The notes beneath the pieces are model-generated. The model was not told where the DNA came from, searched no databases, and worked only from the letters and a program-made list of their open reading frames with translations. Positions 39,311-48,836 of a DNA stretch of 64,000 bases are shown piece by piece. The position numbers were made by a program, and so were the translations under genes. How positions within the stretch are numbered: position 1 is the first letter of the stretch; every line of letters begins with the position of its first letter. Source of the DNA: Podarcis tiliguerta (lineage: Eukaryota). The stretch lies in NCBI GenBank assembly GCA_965153285.1, contig OZ229111.1. The stretch is one strand, 5' to 3'.

Positions 39311-40469
39311 GTGGACAGTGTCCGAGACCGAAAGCCGAGTTTTCTCCAGGCTCAGAGCCGGAGCTGCACCGAGCTTCATAAGCACCTCACCTCCATCACT
39401 GCCCACTGCCCACACACAAAGGACAACTGGCCGCCGGACGAGTGCCACAGTGGCGGCACGGAGCCCCAGAGATATTGTGCCCACCATGGAGAGGACAGCG
39501 ACTCCGGTGAAGAGTTGCTGCCCTGCGGCAACATGGCAGCGACTCCGCCTTCTTCCTCCGAAGAAGGCACCGGAGAGAAGGAGCTGCACGCTACTGTGGA
39601 GCTCATCCGCTACATGCACACTTACTGCCTTCCCCCCAGAAAGCTGCCCCCCACAGACCTTGCCGATGTGAGACACCAGCATTTCCACAGCCCCTCCAAG
39701 AGGGCCAAGCCGGATTGCCCCCTGCAGCGGCCTCCGCTCTGCAGCAAGGACAGTTGCCCGCCCAGCTCTTGGCACCTCTCAGCGGGCTGCAAGCAGCCCA
39801 GAGCCCCCACAGCCAGCTTCTCCATCCTGAAGGAGCTGCTTGCCAGGGACCTCCCATGTGATGTGAGCAAGCCATACCGGTTGGCCAAGCCTGCATATGC
39901 CTCCTTGACCAGGTTGCAGCCGCCCAAGGCTCCGGGAGCTTCTCCGCCCGAGGCTGCTGGGGGATCCACGGAGGCGTGCAAGTCCGTGGGCAGAATGCCA
40001 CCAGAGGTGAAAACAGAGTCCAGACAGGGCCCCAAAGCAGACCCCGAGGTGAAGGAAGAGACTGGCGGCCCTGCAGAGGAGGAGGAGGACTGTGCAAAGC
40101 GGCCCCAGCTGGCCTTTGGGAAGGCAGGCCGCAAGCAGGAGAGCTTTATTTATGCCGTGCGGCGCTCCAAAAGACTCAACCCTGAGCTCAGTCTCTGGCT
40201 TTCCTTCCTTGATGACTCTCCCCCTGATCCGGCCACACCCCCTCAAAACAAAGTGGCCTCCCCAGAACTGTCCCTGTGCTCCTCCACTCTGCAGAACTTT
40301 GACAGGGAAGCACCAGCAGCAGAGGTTGAAGTGAGCGGTGCGGGAGAGGCAGAGGACAGGTATCAGAGTCTCCCGATGGAGCTGCAAACCCCCTCACCAG
40401 AGAGCTCCGGGGAGAGTGAAGCATGTGAGATCAGCGAGAGCCAGTGCTGCGCCCTTTTGCATCAGACAG
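39311..40469 (+). CDS. PPARGC1B: PGC-1beta exon 5 (SCTELHKHLTS, ELIRYMHTYCLP, ILKELL, KPYRLAKP, VRRSKRLNPEL)
   Basis: ttgaag|GTG acceptor, ACAG|gtaccc donor, 1159 nt inside ORF 39305-40519; PGC-1beta-type motifs. Confidence 0.95.
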
Positions 40470-40514
40470 GTACCCTAAGTAAGAGTCTGAACGTATGGGG
40501 AACATGGGAAGGGA

Positions 40515-40680
40515 CATAGGAAGCTGCCTTATACTGAGCCAGACCAATGGTCCATGCAGCTCAGGATTGTCCACAGTGTCTGACAGTGGCTCTCCAGGTC
40601 TTTCCCAGGCCTACTTGGAGATACTGTGGGTTGGCTCCTCCTGCAAGCAAGGCACATGCTCTTCGGTTGAGCTCTGTCCC
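40515..40680 (-). mobile_element. tRNA-derived squamate SINE (Squam3-like); related copies near 13874-14060, 25085-25290, 26280-26465, 59775-59835
   Basis: Shared cataggaagctgccttatactgag tail and tgctct...tgagct tRNA-like head across copies. Confidence 0.6.
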
Positions 40681-40786
40681 TTCCTGTAAGGGAAGGCCCG
40701 TGCTTTGAGTCAAACACAGGGAACATATCCTGTAAAAGCTCATTGAGCACAGAGAGGATGGGTTGTGGCAAAGGAGGAATTCAGTA

Positions 40787-40923
40787 CAGTGGACGCTCGG
40801 GTTGCAAACGTGATCCGTGCGGGATGCACGTTTGCAACCCACAGCATTCCGGTATCTGGGTTTCAGCAGGTCCGTAACCTGAAAAAACGCAACCTGAATC
40901 GTCTGTAACCCGAGTTAGGACTG
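40787..40923. mobile_element. Tc1/mariner-pogo MITE (second family, internally deleted)
   Basis: TA|CAGTGGACGCTCGGGTTGC ... GTAACCCGAGTTAGGACTG|TA; homologous to 56936-57166. Confidence 0.8.
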
Positions 40924-41564
40924 TACTGGCAAAGTTTGATGGGAGTATCTTTAGAGGTTACACACACTCTGTGGAGGGACTCTTAGACTGTCAGAGCTGC
41001 AGAGGACATTAGAGCTCTGAGCTTCCAGCTTCTTACAACCCAGGTGACTAAGGAGCAACCCAGGCGTGGTGTGGGAAACCCCGGATCAGACCCTCAGTGT
41101 CTCTCCTTTTACATCTTAAAACAACAGTAGAGAGTCCTGAATTGGATCAGAGCTTCAGTATTGGGGGGGTTAGTCCTTTTCCCTGTGGCAATTCTCTAGT
41201 TTAGCTCTTTCCTCCTCCCCACAACAGCTGCTATTGATTTTTGAGGGCAGGGGTTAAAGGCAAGCATTACAGACCTCTCTCTTTTTCCCAATAGCAGCTT
41301 GTGGGGAGGGCAGATTTAAATCAGGGAAACTGCAGAAGCAGGTAGGACTAATCCCTGCTCTCCCAGCCCTGCAACCCTGATCCAATTATCTCCCTGCTGC
41401 CTTTTAAGTGTTAAAAAGAAAGAAAGAAAGATGTCAGATTCAGGAGATCCAATCTTGCTTTGTTTGGTCTTAATCTGCTTTCTCATGAGCAACCTAGTCC
41501 AGTTCAAAGGCACGGATGTGGCTCACTGAGTCATTCTGCTTTTTCCTGTTTGTTTTTCTTTCAG

Positions 41565-41601
41565 AAGCACCAAGGTGTCTGTCGATGCCCTTGGCAACAA
41601 C
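41565..41601 (+). CDS. PPARGC1B: PGC-1beta exon 6 (EAPRCLSMPLATT)
   Basis: Long pyrimidine tract + tcag| acceptor, AC|gtaagt donor, 37 nt; phase 1/2 joins exons 5 and 7 in frame. Confidence 0.9.
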
Positions 41602-41696
41602 GTAAGTGAAATACCAAAAATACATATTATTAGTGGAGGAGGATAGCCTCAGGTGTCAGGAACTTGGCACAGGGCTGTCTGAGAACTTTGCTGCCC

Positions 41697-41901
41697 TTCT
41701 TCTTCTTTGGCGATCACTCGTAGCCGAGTAAGATGGTCTTCCATAAACATAGTTTTAACAATGAGTCTGTAAGTGACTGTGGAGGCCAATTCTAGATCCA
41801 CATGTCCTTCCACAGTGGGGACATTGGTTTCCGGGCGGGAGTTGATCACGGTGTGGGTTTGCCAAGCATGCCTTCCTCTTAGCACGTTTCTCCCTTGTGC
41901 C
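41697..41901 (-). mobile_element. RTE-clade LINE 3' end
   Basis: Minus strand encodes KRAKRK...CPHCGRTCGSRIGLHSHLQTH (C-terminal zinc finger) and ends in a (GAA)n tail. Confidence 0.8.
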
Positions 41902-42293
41902 CTAATGCATTCATGAAAATATAACATAATTGTGTGCAAATAAGTCCACAAATGGTATTAGCCCATATACACTTTTTACTAGCATATGCTGGCCATTTGT
42001 GACACTGTAGTAGCCTATAAGGGTGGTCATGGAGAGCAGTTTCCTTCTAGTTTGCAAAACTTTCACTGCATAGTTACCTGGAACTATTCCCTGCTCTCTG
42101 GTCCTTACCAGTTGCATGGCCATTTAGAAACCTGTTTGACATGGCAACTGACCCTTGAAGGTTTGGCCAGAGTCACTTTATCTTTACAGCTTCCTTGTTT
42201 CTGGTTTAGTATGTGAATTGTGATGTCTCCATCTTTAACATGCACCTTATCTCTTCCATGACCTCTACACTCTCCTTTTCTCCTCCTCTTTAG

Positions 42294-42358
42294 AGAACCA
42301 ACATTTGGAAAGCGCAATTTCGAGCAAGTTCTGACCGTAGAGCTGTGTGGCACTGCAG
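42294..42358 (+). CDS. PPARGC1B: PGC-1beta exon 7 (EPTFGKRNFEQVLTVELCGTAG)
   Basis: ctttag|A acceptor, GCAG|gtaagg donor, 65 nt; ELCGTAG is a conserved PGC-1 motif. Confidence 0.95.
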
Positions 42359-42639
42359 GTAAGGGTGGAATTCGCTTTACGAGTCTGCCACATCCTGCAA
42401 AATATGAAGAGAAAGTGGGCCAGTGCCAAGGACCTCATGGTCAGCTAGTGACTTCAGGATGTTAATTCTGCATAAAGCCATTGACTTGAAGGAAAGGGAC
42501 CCCCTTCATTTGAAATGGCAGCTATCTAACATAAGTGCCTGTGTCCTCACCAACTCCTTGAGAACTGCTATTACCATTTCCCCAAGACAAGAAGCTAGCT
42601 GTAAACAGAAGTGCAGCTGGCCCAGAATCAATTATGCAG

Positions 42640-42774
42640 CAGGGTTTCCCAAACTTGGGTCTCCAGCTGGTTTTGGATTATAATTCCCATCATCCTGGAC
42701 CACTTGTACTGCTAGCTAGGGTTGATGGGAGTTGTAGTCCAGCAACAGCTGGAGACCCAAGTTTGGGAAACTGG
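42640..42774. mobile_element. Palindromic hAT-type MITE in intron 7
   Basis: CAGGGTTTCCCAAACTTGGGTCTCCAGCTG / CAGCTGGAGACCCAAGTTTGGGAAAC inverted ends; 8-bp TSD-like ttatgcag / ttttgcag. Confidence 0.8.
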
Positions 42775-42908
42775 TTTTGCAGATGTGGCGGTGTACAATG
42801 AGGGAACAAGTCTAACTCCCCTTGTCAAGGCAGCTTTCTTGTTTGTTTTAACTTTCGTGCTTCTGTACTGAAAGGCCTTTATCCTTTTGCTTCCTTGGGG
42901 GAGATAAG

Positions 42909-43680
42909 GTCTCACACCACCAACTACACCACCATACAAGCCTTCAGAGGAGGACCTGTATAAGCCAGACATTCACCAGAGGCCAGCCAAGGAGACTGCC
43001 ATCATCACCAGCTCTGAGCCACAGCCAATGATGGGGGACAGGGCAGCCTCTGGGAAGAAGCAGAAGAAGCACCCAGTGCGGACAGAGCTGTACGCACACC
43101 TGAGTCGGTCCACCCCCCACCTGCCCCACCCCGAGCCACATGGGGTGCTGAAGCGCCCTTTCTCACGCTCTTTTGGCGACCACGACTATTGCCAGGTCTT
43201 GAAGCCCGAGGCCTCGCTCCAGAGGAAGGTGCTGAAATCCTGGGAGCCCCTGAGCCATGTGGAAAACAAACACAAGCGGAGAGCCCCTGATGTGCACTAC
43301 CAGCACGAGAGTCAGGAGGGCGTCAATGGGACCTCAGTGAAGGAGGGAAGCCAGCAGCTGAGGGACCAGGAAATCAGGGCCAGCTTGACAAAACACTTTG
43401 GCCTCTTGGACAGTGCCCTCGATGCCGGGGAGGCGGCCTTCTGCAAGACGCCTGAATATGACACCGTCTTTGAGGACAGCTGCAGTGAGATTGGTTCCCC
43501 GCTGGAGGAAGAGGAGGAGGAGGAGGAAGAGGAGGAGGAGGAAGAGTGCTGCACAAGTCCATTGGAATCCAAGATGTGCCCCTACAAGAACCCTCTTTCC
43601 AGGGCCAGTTTGCACTATTGCTCCCGAAGCAGGTTCGATTCTGAGTCTTCATGCTGCAGGTCCAGGTCTCCAGCAAGCAG
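42909..43680 (+). CDS. PPARGC1B: PGC-1beta exon 8 (LTPPTTPPYKP, SFGDHDYCQ HCF-binding motif, Glu14 tract, RSRS)
   Basis: ataag|GT acceptor, AGCAG|gtgggc donor, 772 nt; DHDY at 43178-43189. Confidence 0.93.
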
Positions 43681-44578
43681 GTGGGCTTCCCTGCACAATT
43701 GTGAGTTCACAGGGTCTTTGGCGAAAGGGCTCAGAGAGACCAGTAGTGAGCAAAATTGTAGTGGGTTGCATTGGCTGGTCTTTACCGGCTCCCTCACAAA
43801 GGTAGCTACTGCTTTACAGGTGGCCCTCTGGCAGAGGTGCTGACTTTTTGCTTATGTTTCTCCAGGAGGTGCCGTGCACATCCATGCTGCTTTATAGATA
43901 ATATGATTACTCTGAAAGAGACTGGGTTGGGTGGGTCCAGAGATCCCTGTGAGCGAAGTTTCGCTCACAGGACCTCTCACTTACAGAAGTAGCAGAAGCA
44001 ATTTTTGCCAGTTCTCCTCTGCATCCCCTGAATATCTGTTTTGGAAAGTTGGAGGACCCTCGGGAACCGCCTGGGCAGTGGCAGAAGAGACTGGAGGGAG
44101 CAATCTCCTTCCCCCTTCCATTAGCAGTTTGCTGCACTAGATTGCCAGCCCCTTGTGTGAATGTCTCAAGCCTTTCCCTTTGCAGAAGAAATACTCTTGA
44201 TAAACGGGGAAAAAGAGGGAAGCAGCATCCAGGTGGGCAGAAATAAGTTTTAAGACCTTTTGCATCAGAAATGGAAGCCAAAGACTCAAATTGGTTGTAC
44301 CTAAGCACGGAGAAGAATTTTGAAGCATATTAGGCTCTGCAAATTTATTTCTGTCCACCCTTTCCCCCCTGTATTTGATGCCTTGCCGTTTCTCCTTTTT
44401 ATGCTGGATGCTGGCGTTTGTCTTTGAAAGCCTGCTGTTGCAGACACGGCATTCTTTGTGCTGTGAGACTGTCCCTGCAAGCAACAAGTGTGCCTCTACT
44501 TCCTTGTGATTTCTAGCGCTCAGACCAGCCAGAGTCCATTCAGGACTAAATTCATGTGCCTTCTTGTTTATCAAACAG

Positions 44579-44648
44579 ATACGAAAATGGCAAGCAATGT
44601 CAAGATGGAACTGTTGGACAGATGGAGAAGAGGAGAGAAAAAGCCATT
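44579..44648 (+). CDS. PPARGC1B: PGC-1beta exon 9 (YENGKQCQDGTVGQMEKRREKAI)
   Basis: aaacag|A acceptor, ATT|gtaagt donor, 70 nt, KRREKAI motif. Confidence 0.92.
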
Positions 44649-45253
44649 GTAAGTGACCTGTTTGCTATGTGGGGGCTTCTGTAATAAATCAAGTGGGAAT
44701 GGTGCGGCTTCCAACCAGATCTGTTGACTCCCTCTTTTGAAAATTCATCTGAATTTAGGGACAAAGCAATTTTGGTTTGACTCCCACTCCAGGTAGGAGT
44801 GGCACAGTACATGTTGCAGTATCTCTTGGCCCAACACCAGTTTAAGATGATGAATTAGAAAGAAGTAAAGTAAACATAACCGGCGACAGATTCAGTTCTT
44901 GACCCAGGAGAAACTTGGTGCCGAATTCATCAACAGGCACTTACAGAGAGCAGTGGGAATTGTGATTCCATGGCAACTTTATAGTGAAGCTGAAATGGGG
45001 TAAAGCTGCAGCTTTTGAAAGGGAGACATAAAATAAGACGATAAAGGGTACACGATAGGCAAGCTAGCCGTGAAGCGCTAGCAGGCAGCTATTCCTCAAA
45101 GAGCTGTTTCAGCAGATAGAATTTGTGCATTTGTTACACAACATCATGCTGCCTTGTTGTTAAAGCAGGTTGGGGATAGGAAGCGTTCAGTCGGAAGAAG
45201 AAGAAAGAGTTGTATCAGGACAGGCCTAAGCAATTATTCTCATCCCTGAACAG

Positions 45254-45375
45254 GGAGAAGGCCGCGTAGTGTACATCAGAAACCTTGCCAGCAGTATGAG
45301 CTCCACTGAACTGAAGAAGCGCTTTGAGGTGTTCGGAGAGATTGTTGAGTGTTGCGTTTTGACCAGGAATAAAAG
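45254..45375 (+). CDS. PPARGC1B: PGC-1beta exon 10 (RRM N-half, [11 protein letters not shown]...RFEVFGEI)
   Basis: aacag|GGA acceptor, AAAG|gtgggt donor, 122 nt; RNP2-like VYIRNL. Confidence 0.95.
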
Positions 45376-46099
45376 GTGGGTCAAAGCTATGCTTCCCCCT
45401 CCCTCGCTGCTAGAATCAGCAGGAACTTTTGGAGATCTAAGCACCGGGAACCTAGCCTGTCTATCCTGCGAGACATGAGATGCAGGACTTCGGTCTTATT
45501 TGGGGATTGAAAGCTGGAGCGTGTTTTTTGTGGGGGGTACTCTGGAGATGTTTGTTCTTTGGGGAAATGTCTGCTGCTGTGGTACAATGGTGATCTGAAG
45601 AGATGCTGCTTCACAGGATTTTAAAGAGACAATGCTTGCTCCAGTGTTATTTCATGGGACTGTTGCCCTCTGAAATCCTTTTTGTTCTAGGGATCTGCTT
45701 GATTATAAAATAACGAGTCTCCCTTTCTCCTAAATAAAGAGAGATGTGGAGGCCTATGTAATATATTTGGACTCGAGGGTTGTTCTAATGACCTACAAAG
45801 TGTGGCATGCAAGGAGAACTAGAGGGTGGTATTCAGCTAAGCCTTACTCAGAGTAAATCTGTTGAAACTATTGGACCTCACTTAGTCATGTCTATTCATT
45901 TCAATGAGACCAGTGTAGGCACCTGGCTTCTAATCCCTTGCTAACCACAAAGGCTCACTGGGATGACTACTACCTTCCAGCTCTATCTACCTTCTTTGGG
46001 GAGAAAACGATGTGTCCTTTGGAGGTTTACAAAAAACGTAACACAAATAAATGGCAATAAATTGTTGCCTGTGCTTAAGTTCTCCATTTTGTTTCTCAG

Positions 46100-46254
46100 G
46101 GGAGATAAATATGGCTTCATCACGTATCGGTGTTCAGAACATGCCGCCTTATCCTTGAAGAATGGTGCCTCGCTAAGGAAAAGAAATGAGCCCTTGTTCC
46201 AGCTGAGCTACGGTGGCTTTGGGCACTTCTTCTGGACCAGATACACCGACTTGG
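46100..46254 (+). CDS. PPARGC1B: PGC-1beta exon 11 (RRM C-half, [19 protein letters not shown]...WTRYTDL)
   Basis: tctcag|G acceptor, TTGG|gtaagc donor, 155 nt; RNP1-like KYGFITY. Confidence 0.95.
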
Positions 46255-47760
46255 GTAAGCCACCCCCATGTCCCTCCAAAGCGGTCCACGTCCTCCTCCA
46301 TCCCTTGTTTGGGTGGTGATGATTTCTTTGCTGCGCTGTCTCCCATTGTGTTTGTTATCATTTGTACATAATGCTCATTGACGGTCCAACAGGTTCACTT
46401 CTATTTATTATCCTTTATAGTTTGTTTAAGCTATTAGAGGGATACCTTGAGTTATTACAGAGTTGATTGGATCAACTACACACAAACATTCGATAGAGCT
46501 TCAGCTTGCTCACTTTCTCTGGCTTATCACTATTTTGTTGTAGTGGTTTATATTCCAATTTATAGGCCTTTTTATTTTACTGGAAGGGCCTCCAAAGCAG
46601 TATACAGCAGCTATATAATACAATAAAAGTATTTTATGGTTGTATGAAAAGGCAAACCAACAAACCAACCCCAAACACATCCCAGATTAATAATATAATG
46701 GGGAAAATAAAAAGTACCACAATATTTAGAACCTACCTTATTTGTATTGACAAACACACAAAAAGCAGCTAGGAGAACTGATGTCTTGCATTATTATAGA
46801 CACTGTAAAATGTTACTCAAAATATTGGAAAAAACATTCAAATCCTAGGAAAAAGAAGGGAAGGGACTGTGAGGGTCATGTAGTTTAACCCCCTGCAATG
46901 CAGGAATCTTTTGCCCATGATCCTGAGATTATGCTCCTGCTCCAACTGAGCTAACAGAATGGGAGGCAAAAATGTATTGAATTTGCAGTAATAACTAAGC
47001 TTACAAGCTATTTAACAATGAAAGAATGTAGGCCAAAACCTAACAGAACTGGAGCTTATTCATTGACTAATGGAATGGTAGAGTGCATTCATCAGGCAAT
47101 CGTAGGTCCTCATACAATGTGTCATTTTAGGATTAGGAAAGACTGTATTTAATACAATAGCACAATTATATACTGAAATATATATCGTGTATGTATTTCT
47201 TATTTATCTTAATATAGGCTATGAAGCTGAACCTTGTATGGCGTTTTACTTTTTTTAAAAAAATACTATTTTTCTAAAAAGAACACAATAAATAAACAAT
47301 GACAAAAACAGTTTCAGCAGCACAAAAATGAATTGCAAAACACAATCAGCAGGAACAAATCAGGAATCTAATCTCCTATTCCTCACTTGTATTTCTAAAA
47401 AGTATTTTTGAAAAGTATTTTTTTTAAATAAACACACATTTTGGTGTTTTGCTAAGCTGGGAATTGTAACCTGTAGGATAATTGAACTACAGTCCACATT
47501 ATTAGTCCAGAAGGCGTGTATTTGACTAACCCTCTTAAAAATGTAGGCCAAAGGGAATTCTCCTTTCTCCTTAGTTCCTGTTGTGTAGTAATTACGTAAT
47601 TCCTCCACACCAAATATCTGAAGGCTAATATTAAAAAAAACAAAAAAACACCAAGAGGGAGAGAATGCATAGTATGGCTCTTCTCTGCCTCTTTTGGGGG
47701 GTGCTTAACAGGTTTTGCTTTTTCCTTTGACCATGTGTACTTCTTCTCTCCTGACACCAG

Positions 47761-47864
47761 ATTCCAACACAGAAGAGTCCTCCCCAGCTCTGATAAAAAG
47801 CAAATACGAGACCATGGATTTCGACAGCCTGCTGCAGGAGGCCCAGGAAAGCCTACATCGGTAA
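47761..47864 (+). CDS. PPARGC1B: PGC-1beta exon 12 coding part (DSNTEE...KYETMDFDSLLQEAQESLHR*)
   Basis: caccag|AT acceptor; TAA at 47862-47864; conserved MDFDSLL C-terminal motif. Confidence 0.96.
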
Positions 47865-48758
47865 CAGCCTTAACCTTTGAGGAATACCTCAATACCTCAG
47901 TCAAGGCACTTCCAATATGTTTACGTTTTCAAAGAAATGATTAAGTATACAACGAGAGAGAGAGAGAGACTGCTGTCCCTTTAAATCGATGTTTACATTG
48001 AACAAGCTGCTTCTGTCTGTGAGTCCCCATGGTGTTGATGTTCCACTGCCACACATTAGTATCTTTGCTTCTGACTGGTTGTGTTAGGATGAGCCTGCAA
48101 AAGCCTCCTGTCCCCTTCTTGTCTGGCCCCTTTCTCTGCCCCCCCCCCATTACCTACTTCCGCCGTGGATTTGCAGCTGTGTTCACCATAACTTTTTTTT
48201 TGTCTGTAGTGTGTGATGATGAAATTGTTAATTGTGAATAGAATCAGGATTGTAAACTAATTTTTAATAGAAGAAAGAAATATATACTTATAATGTATTT
48301 ATGGCTCAGATGTACTGTAATTCAGATTTATTGTACCGCTTCCTTGATTTTTAACTATGCACTGTAATGAGGCACTTGCCTGTCAGCAGATGTGGCCCTC
48401 CCCAAAGGGTGCCCTCCAATTGGCCACTCAGTTGAAATTGGCTTCAGCCCTGTCCATGGCGAACCAAGGGGTGACCGACTGATGTTGTGCTCTTGCTATA
48501 TAAGCCATTTGTTCCGTTTCGTTTGGGCTGAATTCTGGGATCACCACTGCCCTGTTTGTTGATGGCACAAGGCACATTGTGATTCCTCAGTCCAGAGCTG
48601 GCTCTGGGTGGATAGGAATGGCGTTCTCAGATGGTGCATTTTTGAGGAAGGGGAGGGAGGAAAAGGGTGCAAGGGTAGAGTGTGTTTTCCCTCTGTCTGT
48701 GATGGATTGACAGTGGTCACAAGGTAGTGAAGCCCCACCTGCCAGGGAAATGGTACGT

Positions 48759-48836
48759 AAGAAAAGCTCCCTTGGATCAGAACAAAGAAAAGCTCCTCTG
48801 GATCAGAACAAAGAAAAGCTCCTCTGGATCAGAACA
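48759..48836. repeat. 26-bp tandem repeat x3 in the 3' UTR
   Basis: AAGAAAAGCTCC(CT/TC)TGGATCAGAACA repeated three times. Confidence 0.95.

Larger units (their letters stand above)
23486..47864 (+). other. PPARGC1B: PPARGC1B (PGC-1beta) coding span, exons 2-12; exon 1 is upstream of the window
   Basis: Eleven GT-AG exons with compatible phases (174+213+117+1159+37+65+772+70+122+155+104 = 2988 nt). Encodes PGC-1 family hallmarks: acidic activation region, LxxLL motifs, TPPTTPP, DHDY, acidic tract, RRM and the MDFDSLL C-terminus. No long RS domain, which fits beta rather than alpha. Confidence 0.97.

Noticed and set aside
39119-40424. Several long overlapping ORFs (up to 218 aa) antisense to or frameshifted within exon 5
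   Set aside because: Expected shadows of a GC-rich coding exon; no domain signatures
46760-47040. Possible L1-like ORF2 C-terminal remnant interrupted by a SINE
   Set aside because: Too degraded to support boundaries or family by eye
48759-48836. Repeat array superficially like CRISPR
   Set aside because: No spacers, eukaryotic context; a simple tandem repeat
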